Positions 37,477 through 51,337 of a stretch of DNA of 64,000 nucleotides are shown in pieces; position 1 is the first letter of the stretch, and the number at the start of each line of letters is the position of its first letter. The notes below the pieces were generated by a model. That model was not told the origin of the DNA. It was given only the letters and a program-made list of their open reading frames with translations, and made no database searches. The position numbers were made by a program, and so were the translations under genes. The stretch spans positions 558,001 to 622,000 of the forward strand of contig MU057796.1 of NCBI GenBank assembly GCA_013265495.1, read 5' to 3'. The DNA is from Vicugna vicugna (taxonomy: Eukaryota).

Positions 37477-38082
37477 CCTTACAGAGACGTGGTCCCTTAT
37501 ATACTTAACAAAAACCTTTCCTTTAGCCTTAAAGTTCCCTAATGTTCTCATGGTATGTAATGATGCTGAGGGTTATGAGAAAATTTTAGAATGCAAAATA
37601 CCCAACCAAAATGTAGATTCAAGTCTTATTTACTGCAGTTTATGAAATTATCTCTTTAAAACTTTTTTTTCTATTATATTGTTTTGGTCATCACTTTGAT
37701 GTTCTTCGGGGGCTGCAACTGTGCTTGTGTTGAGTCTCCTTTGCCTGTATCCCTTATTTATCATTCTTTTCTAATCCTTTTTAAAATTTGTTTAATTTCC
37801 ATTCTATTTTAATGACTTAGCTCCTAATTGTGTTTCTTTGCATCTATTGTCCCTTGTGTTCCTTCTAATTTTTCTTTCCTTTCTAGGTGGGATTTTTTTT
37901 TCTATTTCTTTCCTGTGCTCTACTAACTCATATTTCATTTTCTCTGGTTTCCTCATTTCTTCTCTGAGTTCTCGTGTTGTTGCTTTTGATGCTCCTTTAT
38001 AGAAGCAATTGGTTATAAAAGACTTTTTTTTTAACTTAGGGCAAACTGTGTCATCACAGTGTCCCTCTGTACCATGGTTACA

Positions 38083-38732
38083 TTTTTTTAACTTTTTTTT
38101 ATTGAGTTATAGTCATTTTACAATGTTGTGTCAAATTCCAGTGTAGAGCACAATTTTTCAGTTGTACATGAACATACATATATTCGTTGTCCCATATTTT
38201 TTCCGCTGTGAGCTACCACAAGATCTTGTATTTATTTCCCTGTCTATACAGTATAATCTTGTTTATCTATTCTACATAAGCCTGTCAGTATCTACAAATT
38301 TTGAAATTCCAGTTTGAAATCCCTTCCCACCCCCCACACCCCACCCCCTTGGCAACCACAAGTTTGTATTCTATGTCTATGGGTCTGTTTCTGTGTTATA
38401 TTTATGTTATTTTTTTTCCTACTTCAAAAAGACACCTTCACTCCAATGTTCATAGCATAGCATNNNNNNNNNNNNNNNNNNNNNNNNNNNNNNNNNNNNN
38501 NNNNNNNNNNNNNNNNNNNNNNNNNNNNNNNNNNNNNNNNNNNNNNNNNNNNNNNNNNNNNNNNNNNNNNNNNNNNNNNNNNNNNNNNNNNNNNNNNNNN
38601 NNNNNNNNNNNNNNNNNNNNNNNNNNNNNNNNNNNNNNNNNNNNNNNNNNNNNNNNNNNNNNNNNNNNNNNNNNNNNNNNNNNNACCATATGAGATCACT
38701 CATATGTGGAATATAAAAAAAAAAAAAAAGAA
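38083..38732 (-). mobile_element. Young LINE-1 3' end with 5' inversion (twin priming), spanning the assembly gap
   Basis: 38090-38418 is antisense 3'UTR with poly-T; 38419-38730 is sense ORF2-end/3'UTR; TSD catggttaca at 38073-38082 and 38733-38742. Confidence 0.88.
38464..38684. other. Assembly gap (221 N)
   Basis: Run of N. Flanks correspond to positions ~200 bp apart in the L1 at 62220-62420. Confidence 1.
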
Positions 38733-39879
38733 CATGGTTACACTTTTATGCATTTTCTTCTTCTAAAATAGCTTGCTTTTTGCCCCTTAGATTGTCTTAC
38801 GCTGTCTTTGCATTGATACGAGGCTAGTTCTCTCTCTTTTTTCACGTGTCACAGCACAAGATGGATTTTTCTAGACTAGATATTTTCACAAGTTTGGGAG
38901 CGGAGCTAAAAGGACAGGCAAAGGAAAGGGCCCAGAGTCATCTTCCAGATGGGACAGCTTCATCTCTACAGCTGCCTGCTTCTAAGATGGGACTCGTGGT
39001 GCAGCTCTGCCTCAACTTTTCTGAACCAAACCACCTTCTAGAAGGTTTCTGCCACCAGCTCTTCTCACTCCAGTTCCCATGCTTATTTTTGCAAGCAAGA
39101 GATAAAGTTTCTACACTTGACGGTAGCCTCTTAATTTTAAAAACTGTATTTTCCTGATGCTTCTTTGAGGTGCAAACGCCAAGTTGTCTTGCCAGCCTCT
39201 CTGTTTTCATTAGCACTTTCTTCTGCATGACTTCTGCCCAAGCTCAGCCGTTTCTGGCAGCTCTCACACGTACTTTGGCAACTGTTGATGAAATTTGTCT
39301 CCTAAGATTATTGAAGATGGATGTTACCTTTTTTTGTTTTGTTTTCATTCTCCATTAGGATTTTGGTGACTTCTAGAGGAGAAAAAGCACTGAAATGACT
39401 TTGACGGTAATTTTACAGATGTTCTTTTACTCTGTCCCAAATTTTCCAAAAATAATAAAAAAAAAAGTATCTGCAGTTGCATTTTACAAATTTCAATAAA
39501 GTCACATGTTAACTGAATCCAGAGACTCCACTTTTTAGCTTCTATTGTCAAACATAGAGAAAGAACAAAGATTATTTAATATATAATGTTTGCAATGTGC
39601 CTTTGAATTCATTTTTTTGAATGTTCTCCAGTTATTTCTATGAAGTCAGCAGAATACGTACTACTATTCCCATTTCACAGAAACCTAATACCACTAATTT
39701 TACTATGCACTAGGGTGACAGTATGATATACAGATTTTATAGGCTAGATCTGGATAATCCATACCCACATGAGACTGTTTTCCTCATAAATTAAAATAAG
39801 ATATACGTGTATAAAGAACCGAGAAGAGTTTCAACTGCTCCAGTTACCTTGATTCCAAATGTGTTTAATTAACTACAAA

Positions 39880-40022
39880 GTTTTCTAAGGAAGTGCCTTG
39901 ATATGGAGAAGGAGAATGGAGGGCCTGCTCCTCATTGATCTGTGCTGCACATCATGTTTCCATGTAAGATTTTATCTCCCAAAGGAGTTCAGCAGCTAAA
40001 ACAGTAATTCCAGGAAACCACT
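39880..40022 (-). mobile_element. MER103C-like hAT-Charlie relic
   Basis: ttccatgtaagattttat..aaaggagttcagcagctaaaa..gaaaccact resembles the recalled MER103C end. Confidence 0.55.
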
Positions 40023-41134
40023 TTTCTACAGAATAAGAGAAAACCTCACCTGTGGCATTTTTGTGATGATTCTAGAAAGGTCACATTTCCTCATGAGTCT
40101 TCAATAGTCAAAAAAAAGATGAAATATTTTGGCCTATAATTTGTGTATTGGTGCGCTGGGTTTCACCGAAGCTGAGTGTTAAAGATGGAGTAAGAGCTGC
40201 TTGGGGGACACACGTTGTGGGGAGCCTCAGACACTGGGGGTGACGTGAGCATAGATGCTGTGCAGGGACCGACATACAGTAACAGAGCTATTGGAACACA
40301 ATATAAAAGTGGGCACACTTTCTTGCTTACCCCACACTCAGAAGCTGAAGGAACTTTTTTTCTTTAATCATTATCACTTAACTCTGATCTCTATAGAAAT
40401 ATGTACGTTATATATATCTATTTGAAGACTTTTTCATGGTACTTTCTGATTTTCCCAACTCCTGAATCTTTTCCCCATCATAACCTCTTATAGCTCCCTT
40501 GAAAAAATAACTGAACAACATGCAATTTTGAATCTGAAGCATGGAAAAGAAAAAGCAGGAGGCTTTTCAGAGGTTTGGTGGTCAGAGTTTGTGCATCAAG
40601 CCAAAGGAGTCACAAATGGGCATTTGCCAGAAGAGGAAGGGCTTAGTGAGCTCTATTTTTCCATCACCATCTGACATCTATGCTTATATCTGCCTTCTTG
40701 ATGGAAGAACCTTCCCTGTGACACTTCCAGATGCTTCCTCTCTTCCCATCTCTATCAAGGTTTATTTAAAATTCTGTGAATTTAAAAGCACAAATAATAT
40801 ATATGAACTTGAAATCCTCTATAAATAACACTTAAAGGCAAAACACTTAATATAGAACAACCAGGCAAGAACAACCTTATAAGAGTTAGTCTGGAATTCT
40901 CCTCAGTTGCTATCAAAGGCACCCTGATTAATATAGCTTTTTCAATTAGTCTCTTTCATTTTCATTGTTTAATTAGCCTTAAACATCAACAGGCAATCAC
41001 TGACCCAGCTCAGATGTGCTCCCTTTCATTCTGTCCCAGTATCATAGACATTGACTCATGAAAGAAGCGTTCTGGAGAGGCTGGGGGCAGGTGTGAGGTA
41101 GGCTCATCAGAATAGCTGGGGCCAAGGAGATTGG

Positions 41135-41985
41135 TTGTAGTATAGTCAGTTTATGACATTGTATCAATTTCTGGTGCACAGCATAATGTTTCAATTATCC
41201 ATATACATACATGTATTTGTTTTCATATTCTTTTTCATTATAGATTACTACAATATATTGAATATAATTCCCTGTGCTATACAAGACACTTGTTGTTTAT
41301 CTATTTTATATATAATAGTTTGTATCTGCAAATCTCAAACTTCCAATTTATCTCTTCCCACCTCCTTTCCCCCTTGTAACCATAAGTTTGTTTTCTATGT
41401 CTATAAGTCTGTTTCTGTTTTGTAAATAAGTTCATTTGTGTTTTGTTTTTTAATTAGATTCCACATAAGAGTGATATACGGCATTTTTCTTTCCCTTTCT
41501 GGCTTACTTGACTTAGAATGACAATATTCAGTTTCATCCATGTTGCTGCAAATGGTATTTCATTCTTTTTTATGGCTGAGTAGTATTTCATTGTATAAAT
41601 ATACCACAACTTCTTTATCCAGTCATCTGTCAATGGACATTTAGATTGTTTCCATGTCTTGGCTATTGTAAATAGTGCTGCTACGAACATTGGTGTGCAT
41701 GTATATTCTGAATTAAGGTTCCCTTAGGATATATGTCCAGGAGTGGGATTGCTGGATCATATGGTAAGTTTAATTTTAGTCTTTGGAGGAATTTCCGTAC
41801 TGTTTTCCATAATGGCTGCACCAAACTATCCTCCCACCAGCAACGTAGGAAGTTTCCCTTTTCTCCACACCCTCTCCAGCACTCGTCATTTGTGGGCTTT
41901 TGTATGATGGCCATTCTAACTGGTGTGAGGTGTTACCTCACTGTAGTTTTGATTTGCATTTCTCTCATAATTACTGATGCAAATT
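41135..41985 (-). mobile_element. Lineage-specific LINE-1 ORF2 C-terminus and 3'UTR
   Basis: Minus ORFs [28 protein letters not shown] and [32 protein letters not shown]. Confidence 0.93.
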
Positions 41986-42399
41986 CTTGAGACACAAGCT
42001 CTTCCACCTCCTGCTCCTACCCCCGACTGATATGGTTAACCCAGCTTGGACTGTTTTCTTAATCTGTTGATGTTTTACTTGATGTGCCAAGTCAGCAAAC
42101 TGATTTTCACAATGTACTTAAATGTCATAAAAGAAGAAAGGAAGAGGCTTCTTAGGATAAATATTTCCAAAATGAGTGGAAAGAAAGATTGCAACAGCAA
42201 GCTGAGTAACTCCTGACAATGTAGCTGGTTGCTGTAATTACAGTAAGATGCTAAACCCAAAGATGTGTTTTGGGTTTATGAAAACATTTAGTGAGACAAG
42301 AAATGGGACATGCAGTTGTTCTTATTTATCTATAATCAAAATGCATCCATTTGAGCTGGATGGGAGACATCCACATTCTAGCTATGGAGGTACTGTGAT

Positions 42400-42872
42400 T
42401 ATCATGAACCAGTAAAATCTAAGATTCTCAAGTTAAACAAATTCCATTTGTTAAGTGATTCAGTAATGTTTATACAACCTGAACAGGCCACTCAGAACCA
42501 CACCAGTCCCTCATCCAACCCCAACTGAATAAATCCATAGGCTTGGCTAAGTCTGTCTGTTCTTCTGTATTTCTGTCTGTCTCTCTCTCTCTCTTTCTCC
42601 TTCCCTCCCTCCTTCTGTGTTGCATTTAAAGTAAAAGATACAGAGACTGAGCCAAGTGCTAGCTGAGTCTCCTTACTGGGGAAGCATTAATTTGAAGGTC
42701 CATAAACCTGAACTCCCAGTTGTTGAAATACCAGAGTTACATTGTTTGTAAGGCTTGCTTTTTCATTTCTTCCTTGATTTCAGTGAAGTCTCTATGCCTG
42801 TAATAAACACATTCTTTGTGAAGTAATTTGAGCAGGTTTAAGTCCCTTACAATTAAATATTCCCTGAGATGC
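42400..42872 (+). mobile_element. Old MaLR LTR remnant (MLT1J/K-like)
   Basis: 3' end aataaacacattctttgtgaagtaatttgagcaggtttaagtcccttacaattaaa..ca; the 5' limit is uncertain. Confidence 0.45.
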
Positions 42873-43559
42873 AGTCGTCCCTACCCTCAAGGAACTTAGA
42901 GCAAAAGTAAGTAATTAGCTATAAACCCGAAACCTAAAAGCTTATGTAACCAGTTTACAGACCCAATTTCTTGGAGCATAAAGATGAGATGGCTTATTAC
43001 AAATGGAAACCTTCCTTAATAACATATTAGCCAGATTCTGTACTTTTTTCCTGACACATGCAGTTACAGAATCTTCTCGTTCTAGTATTGAAGGTTCAGT
43101 TCTATTTATTTTAAAGTTTTTAGTTTCAGGTCTGCTTCAAAGTTCTTCTTGTCCCTTCTCTATGGAGAAGGGAGAACAGAGGTGATCTGGCCAAAGTCAG
43201 ATAAGTCTTTATCTACCTGAGCTTATTCTTGCTGCTTCGCCATCTGAGACAGACTTGTTGTGGATGTTCTTTGGGTGGCTGGCACGTTGTTGATACCCAC
43301 TGTGTGGTGGGGTGTGGTTACGGGTGGAATATTCAGGTTACATAAATGAGTACTCACATGTCACACTCCTGCAGGTTCTTGAGGACCTACAAGATTCTCC
43401 CACTACTCAGTTTCCTGATAGGGGATATCTAGGTCCAGTCTGACCACCATCCTCCCCCTGTTCCATAGCTCACAGCACAGGTGGATTGTCTATACCTTCT
43501 AGCTGCTGGGATCTTCCTGCTCTGCAGTGGAGTACCAGCAAGTTGAGTCTAGTCATATT

Positions 43560-43692
43560 CTGTTGTGACAGTATACTATAGTTCTGCAAGATATTACTAT
43601 TCATGGAATCTTGGTAAAGAGTAAATGAGTCCACATTATTTCTTAAAATGTATATAAAGCTACAATTATATTAAAATAAAATTAAAAATAAA
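43560..43692 (+). mobile_element. L1MC/MD-type 3' terminus
   Basis: tactatagttctgcaagatattactatt..ttatttcttaaaatgtatataaagctacaattat..aaaataaaa. Confidence 0.7.
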
Positions 43693-44356
43693 TCATATTC
43701 CTCAGTGTCCACTTGGCCCCTAGACAACCACATAGGTTACCATGTTTTGTAGAGTGGAAGCAGGCTGCTTTAACACTATTCCTGTATTCATCTTTGGCAT
43801 CTATCTCTTTCCTCTCTCTCTGCACTATCTCAACAGAATTAGACAGTCATTAGACTTAGTGGCATGGAATAGGGGACATTTCAGAGACTCACCAGCTTTA
43901 CAAGTGACTCTCTTGGAGTCTGCCTCCCTTGGCTTCACAGAGGGCATTACTCTTCTCCCTTCCCTCTGAAAGAAGTGAGGGTGGGACTGCCCCATTGCAC
44001 AGGGGAATGCAGTGGCTCATATAAAGCTTCCTGAAGGGATTTAACGTCTAAGCAGAGAACTGAAAACTAAATCATTTTCTAGGAGAGGAAAGAGAATACC
44101 AGAGTGGCCAGGAGACAAGAGAAAGCACAACATACTTAGCCCATAGCCTTGATCAAAAGTCTCTCTCCCTCCAAATCCCTAACACTGTCCCTGGCACAAA
44201 ACAGGCATCCTGCCAAAGTACACTGACATCAGCTAGTCACCCTCTAGGAAGGTTTCCAGGATAACCGGGCTGCTTGTTCCTTGGGAACTAAAATGTTCAT
44301 TTACACACTCAGTTATGGTCACAAACATTCTTGCTGGTATTTCTGTGAAACTTTCT

Positions 44357-44833
44357 TCAGTAGGTTGAGTTATGCTCCCTAACGATGTCCACTTTCTAAT
44401 CCCAGAAACGTGTTAATATATACCTTATATGGTTTAAAAAAAAAAAAAGACTTGTGTGTGATTAAATTAAGAACCTTGAGATGGGGAGAATAACCTGGAT
44501 TATCCAGATGGTCCAGTGTAGCCATAGGGGTCTTTTTAAGAGGGACATAGGAAGATTATAATCAGAGAAGACAATGTGACCACGGGAGCACAGATTAAGT
44601 GACGGCCCATGAGCCGAGGAATAACAGCAGCCAATAGAAGCTGGACAAAGCCGTATATTCTGCCCTGGAGTTTGCAGAAAGAGCACAGCCGTATCAAAAC
44701 TGGGGTTCTAACCCACTGAGCTTGAGTTTGGACTTCTGACCTCCCTCCACAACTGTCAAATCATAAATTTTTGTTATTTTAAGCCACTACATTCATGGTA
44801 ATTTCCTGCAGCAGCAAAAATGAAAGCAGCACA
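44357..44833 (+). mobile_element. ERVL-MaLR solo LTR (MLT1D-like)
   Basis: gattaaattaagaaccttgagatggggagaataacctggattatccagatgg; ggacttctgacctcc; tttaagccacta..ggtaattt..cagcagcaa. Confidence 0.88.
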
Positions 44834-45939
44834 CTTTTCATGTCCCTTGCCACTGTACCCTGTGAATTGCCCACTCTGTTCTAAGAATTGCTCTTTGCTT
44901 CCTCTCTCACTTCCTTCATTGTGTCCTAGTGGTCACAAATAGTTTAAGCTGATGATCTTATCAATGTGGCATTTAAGTTGTACTGTCCTTCCCCACACTC
45001 CACAGTGTTTACAGGCTGTGTGGTAACAATTTTTCTTGTCTGACTTCACCTGGAACCAGTCTTGTGCCTGGACTCAATTTCACTGTTCAGAGTCAGCAGA
45101 CGAAACTGAAACAACTGGTTTTGTTGTTTCAATTTTCTGTTTTGTTTTGTTCTCATGCTAGAGTTTTCCAGCTAGTGAAATACCTTTGTACAATTCTTCT
45201 CTTGCAATGAAGACTAGATACACATCTCTTTCTTCTGCAATAATGAGGAAGGGGAAAGATCTATCTTTAGTGTGAAATAAAAGATCTCAAGTGGATCCTA
45301 TGAGTGTGTTGTCTCCTCCAGCTCTTTCTTATTTAGTCCAAATGGTCTGAGTCAAAGAATAAATAGATTCAGGATCAAGCTGAAATTAGGAAACTCAGGA
45401 AAGAAAATAACTAACCTTGTCAGAAATTAAAGCTCAAGGCCAAACTGTTATTTTAGTTCTCTGCTATGCTTGTCTTTTGTTGTTATTAAAATTTGGAAAC
45501 TACCTTAGGTAGTATTTCTGGTGGCTTCATAGCTCTCATTTCTGTCTTCTAATTAAAAATAATAGTAAAGGACAAATTTTGGAGTTGATGGAAATCAGTG
45601 TTCTAGCAGTGAAGATGGTCTCTACAATGTCCTCAGCAAATATCATCAGCATCCTTTTAAACGTCTCCAGTGAGCAGCCACTCGTTGTCAGCCAAGGTTG
45701 CCTTTGTAAGAGAATACAGTGAAAAGCACACAGTTCTTCCACATTTAAACTAGAATTCTATGTCATTATGATTTTTTTTCAGCAAATGAATTATTTTAAA
45801 TATAAATGAGTGTATATATACCAATAGGTAACTACATAGCTATTTATATATTTTTTTCTTTTGTGTATTGAATTAAGCATAGAATCAAAGATATGCAAAT
45901 AAGTACCCTGAAAACGCTCTCTGACTTCTAGAGTAACCC

Positions 45940-46340
45940 ACATGCCTGCTAAGGCCTCTTGCCCTTGAGAAACGTGGTTGATCTTGGCCTAAAGCCCAAA
46001 TCCATAGCCTGTGACAGTCAACAGCCCTCCCCACAATTTTTCTGGTGTCCTAACTGAACTCCTTCTCTTCTCTGTGCCCGCAGGTGATTTCAGCCTCCTA
46101 AATATGGACACAAAGTATCTACCTTTGTCCACACCATGTGCACACCCCCAACTTTTGCATGTGCTTCATAAATTAAGCTGCAGAGTTTGGGGATAAGGGA
46201 GAGGTTATAAAACAAAACCTAAAGTCTCTGTCTTTCCCTAGTTCTACCCTCTTGTTATTTTTCCTTTTCTTCCCCTTTCTTCTTGATTCAATCAAAAGTT
46301 ACTCTCCTTGCCTCTTTCAGGGCAAGCTCAAACTCCACTG
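45940..46340 (+). mobile_element. LINE-2 fragments
   Basis: taaagcccaaatccatagcctg..cttttgcatgtgc; ctctttcagggcaagctcaaact. Confidence 0.45.
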
Positions 46341-47489
46341 CAATCCAAACCCCGGCACAACTGGCCTACTAAGTAATTTCCTCCAAACAAACACAGCAGT
46401 TTCCTTGAAAGGAACTCTGGTGGATATATTTGACTGCTCTTTTGCACAAAGAAATGATAAATTAATCATATGTCTATCAGCACAGGACAGACATTTACCA
46501 TTTCATTTCCTCCCATCTAATTGCTGTCACTGGTCTCAGCCATGGTGTCTACTGAAGATGGACCATAGTGGTGCAGAGCACTGGCTGGAGCGCTTTTGAT
46601 TAAAAGACCTGGCCCCAACCACAGACTTGCCTTGCTTTTCCCCTTGATCTCGTAGCTTCTCAGAGTCTCTAAACTCCACAAATCTGTCGGGAGGATGAAG
46701 TTATCTCTTGCATGTGGAAAGAATCTTAAAAGCGCACAGTACCATACAGGTGTCTGTTGTGATTATTCCTATGATGTTCATTTAAAGCAACAAACAGACC
46801 ATGTGTAATTGAACACAGTTGTGAAGAGAAGACTCACAGTTTGCAGTTGATAAGCTTCCCAGATTTAGCAACATCTTGGCTGCATGTTCCGCCAGGAAAC
46901 GCTGTAAAGATCTGTTTTCTGGGGAGAGACTAAGGACTTCCTTCTCTCTTTTAGGCTCAAATTTGTGAGACCGTCCTTTCTGGGTGCTTTTTTTTTTTTT
47001 AACAAGTCCACCTCCAGTCCAGATGGTAGAAGGAAGCATGACGGCAGGACAAAATAACAAACAACAGTAATTACACTTTTTCAAATATTCCTCCATTTGT
47101 ATGCAACTCAGGACTCTGGAAACTGTATGAGGACAACTTCAAGGATAAATGAGATCAGCGAAACGTAGGATGTCAGTGATGCAGATGCAAGGAATAGTGA
47201 AGTGACATTTATTTATGCAGGGCTGGGATAAACAGTTTAGTTTTAGAGTCAGTTCCCCAATTCTCTTCAGCTAAGACTTAGAGGAGGAAGGGGAGAAGAT
47301 GGTAGCAGCTGGGTGAGTGCTCACTGAGTCTGGAAGAACACCAGTCTCAGAAGGAGCAACCAGAATGGGCAGAAAGGATGATGGCAGCTGACGTAGAGTC
47401 CAGGAAGCAGTGACTCATTTTTGCCCCACGGTCTTCGTTGCAAATACTTATGGCCAGTGACTGCAGTAGCAACCACCATCTCTCCCCTT

Positions 47490-48165
47490 TGCCTCTCTTT
47501 TTCCTGAGGTGATGAGTGACTGCCTAACTGCTAGATACAAGAGCTTTACCTCCATCCTCATGCTCTTTTAATTCCCCAGAGCATTTAACAACGATGACTA
47601 CCACTTCTTAAGAAGCCCCCATCTTCCACCGGCTTCTAGGTCAGCCCTCTCCTGCTTCTCCCCCTGTGTCTCACTTCCACCCAAGCCCATGCTACACTGC
47701 AGATGTTGTGCGAAGGATCTGCTGTGGTTCTTCCTCTCATAACCTCCGTGTCCTTGGAAACATAGCTAACTCAGGCTTTGAGGAATCAGTTCTATTGTGC
47801 TCAAACACGGTAGCTTCATTCTTAATTTCTCTCCCTATTTTGTCCATTTTCAACTACATTTATAACTGTATGTCTTACTAATAACCCCAACTCAACTCAA
47901 TCATCCTCTCCTTCCTACGCCTCCTGCCCCATGTCCTCTGATTCTGTTGATAGCATCAGTGTCCCCAGTCCAGTCACCTACTGCGCCCCCACCCCTCTCA
48001 CCTAATATCATATACACTTTGGTTTCATCTCTGATCTCTCTCTCTATGTCTCTCTCCCTCTCCCCATTTTCTCTCATTAGCTAATATGTGCCAAGACTCA
48101 TCAATTTTACCAGCTCACTTTCTTTAACTGTTTCTTACCTCTTCATTCAAATGACTAGTATCCCA
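47490..48165 (+). mobile_element. LINE-2 fragment
   Basis: tgcctaactgctagatacaagagctttacctccatcctca..cagagcatttaacaacgatgactaccacttct. Confidence 0.6.
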
Positions 48166-48166
48166 C

Positions 48167-48325
48167 ATTAGGTTCGCTAACTCTCTAATTTCTTTATGAA
48201 ATCTTTCAAACTTTAATAAAATGTAGAGAAAGGTAAGAGATAAGATTAGGTTCGCTAACTCTCTAATTTCTTTAAAGTATGAAATCTTTCAAACTTTAAT
48301 AAAATGTAGAGAAAGGTAAGAGATA
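48167..48325. repeat. Near-perfect tandem duplication (76 bp + 81 bp)
   Basis: attaggttcgctaactctc...ggtaagagata at 48167-48242 and 48245-48325; the only difference is a 5-bp indel. Confidence 0.95.
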
Positions 48326-51300
48326 TCTGTGGAAAGAATTCAGATATTGCAAGTATTAATGTTTTACATGTTGGTACGTAAAACTTTGAAAATTGTCCCC
48401 TCATCTTCATCATGATCATCACTATATATCCCCCCTCCCTTCTCGGAAGTCACAGCTTTCCTGAAATTGGAAAATATTCTTCTCAGCCACTTGTATGCTA
48501 TTAATAAACATGGATACAATAATAGTGTACAGTATGGTTGCGTGTCTTTTTTAAAATTTCATAAATGACAATCTGTACATATCGTTTTGCAACTAATTTT
48601 GTTATCACTGAACATTATGCTTTTGAAACTAGTATGTGATGATTCACTCATTTTAATTAATATATCAATTTCATTGAATGATTATACCAGATTTATATAT
48701 TTCTTTATTGACTTATATATATATTTTTTAAGTTCTTAAAACAGCTTTATTGAGCGTAATTGACATGGGAAAATATACAATTTGATAACTTTTCCCCACT
48801 TTTTCATTAATACAATGTGCATTGAACAACATATCTCTTGTGCTTGTTAAAGTTTCTTTAGATTGCATATCTGGAAGTGGAATTACTGGATATGCACATC
48901 CTCAACTTTACTGGGAATTATTGTCAAATTGCTCTCTAAGGAGTTGCATCAAAATATATTTCCACCACCAAAATATAGGTATCTTACTCCCACATATTCA
49001 TGTCAATGTTTGATGTTATCAGGACTTTAAATTTTTGCCTATTTGGTGAATGCAAAACTGTATCTGATTGTTTCTTCAAATTACATTTGCATGGATCCTG
49101 TTAAGATTAATCATCTTTTCATGTATTTATTGGCTATTTAGCATTTCTTTTCCATAACTGACTAAACTTATCACTTCGTTATTTTTCCGTTGAGTTACTT
49201 TGCTATTCTTATTTACTTGTAAGAGTTATTAAACATTCTGTATATCAATGTTATTTTTGTTAAATGTTAACAAAATGTTAAATACATTTGTATAAATTTT
49301 TTCATATATAAAATGGCTTGTGGCTTCCTTTGTTGTGTGGAAAGTATTAACTTTAGTGAGACCAGATTCCCCAGTTTTTCTTTATGTTGAGTTTTTGAGC
49401 TTTGTTTAAGAAATCTTTTTCTATCTAAACATAGCCTACTTTACTTTTTAAAAATTTTTTAATTTTTTCTGTTCTTCAACACTTCTTTGCAATGCCCTCT
49501 TTGCCATATATGTATAATATGCATGTGTGTATGATAGGTCTTGACATCCAGTAATTTACATCTTTCAGTTGTATTTTCATCTATAAAATTTCTCTGTCTA
49601 TTCTAGGACTATTGGTGAAGCCATTTCTCTGGTTATAAAATGCAAATTTCATAATTAGCTTGTTAATTTCCACACAAAAATAGTTATATTCTCATTGTTA
49701 TTGCATTAAACTTATGGAACATTTCAGGGACAGCCAATATCTTTGCCATGTTGAAACTTTGGATCCATAAGCATGGCTTATTCCTCCATTATTTATTCCT
49801 CTCACAATAATGTTTTGTAGTTTTTAGTGTAGTAATATAATGTTTTGACATCATTTGTTAGATTTATTCCTAATTGATATTTTACACGCTACTATAAATG
49901 ATAACATTTTTGTAAATATTTTTGTCAGTGGTATATAAAAATATAACTGATTCTTGTGTTTTAACCTTATATCTAATGATTTTTGTAGGTTTGTTTATTA
50001 ATGCCAGTAGATCATCTATAAGCACAAAAATTTTATCTGTAAATAATAGCCTTTTTTTCCTTCTTTATAACCCTTATAATTATTTGTCTTATCTTACTTA
50101 TCTTGGCTAAGATGTCCAGTATAATGTTACAATCAACTGATAATAGCAGGTAACTTTGAGTCTTCATTTCAGGAGAAAATCTTCGAATAATTCCTTATTA
50201 AACATGAAAGTTTCTATTGGTTTTATTTATAGTTACTCTTTATTGAAATAGAAATTTTACTATTATTCTTGGTTTATCAAGAATTTTTATCTTGAATAAG
50301 CTTTGAAGTTTGTCACATGCTTTTTCATCATCTAGCAAGCTGATCATATTCTCCTTTTGACATTTAAGGTGATCAACTAAATAATTTATCAAAAGGAAAG
50401 CTACCTTATATTCCTGAAGTGAGTCTTGGTATTCTTGTATTATCTTTATCTATACCTCTGTATTAAAGCTACTAATACTACATTTCAGATTTTTGCATCT
50501 AATGTCATGATAGGGATTAACCTTTACTTTCACTTTTTTGTAATGTCCTTGTCAAGTTTTACTATGAAGTTTATTCTGACTTCATAAAAAGAATTCGTAA
50601 ATGTTCCTCCTTTTTGCATTCTCCAAAAGTCTGTATGTGATGATGTGATTTCTTCTTTAAATTTGTGAAATAATTCACCAGTAAAGCCATCTGGATGTGG
50701 AGTTTCCCTTATGAGATGGTTTTTATTTAATTTAATGTCTTCAACATAAGTAGAATTACTCAAAATTTCTATTTCTTTTGTTTCTTTAGAAATTTCTCAA
50801 TATCCAAATTATTAAATAATTATAAATAAAAAATTCCTCATATCTTTCCATTACACTTCTAATGAAAAATTGTTATCTGGAAATAATGTCCAGCTTTTCA
50901 TTCCTGATGTGGTAATTTGTGATTTTACTTCTCGTTAATATTTCCAAGGAGTCAACTTTAGGTTTGCTGAATTTTTTTAATATTTTCTATTTTTTAATTT
51001 CTGTTGTTATTTTTATTTGCCTCTTTCTGCTTTGGGTTTGTTTGTAGGGTTCTTTTTTCCTATCTTCTGGAGCTAGAAGCTGAATTAACTCACTTTTAGT
51101 CTTATTCTTTCCAGAAAATGAATTTGAGATTGTAAATTTCCCTCCAGGCACCCATATCCCACAGTTTGAAAATCATTTATTTCAATTGTTTTCTAAATTT
51201 CACTTTTATTTCATTTTCTGTCCTTGGGTTATTTAAAATAGCTTGATTTTTTTAGTCATTTTGACATGAATTTCTAGCTTACCTTCTCTGTCATCAAATA

Positions 51301-51337
51301 ACATGCTATAAACTATTTCAATTAAAAATTGTGTTAG

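Larger units (their letters stand above)
36390..39420 (-). mobile_element. Old L1/HAL1-like antisense remnant hosting MER94 and a young L1
   Basis: T-rich decayed antisense L1/ORF1-like text (gagaatatttcttgaattctggcatg; gaaacatgatgtcagcctaat) that continues across the insertions. Confidence 0.5.

Noticed and set aside
38301..38703. Four ORFs of 79-130 aa
   Set aside because: Artefacts of the N gap.
46050..46120. Strong-looking 3' splice site (ctaac..cttctcttctctgtgcccgcag)
   Set aside because: Lies within pyrimidine-rich L2-like sequence and has no good downstream donor.
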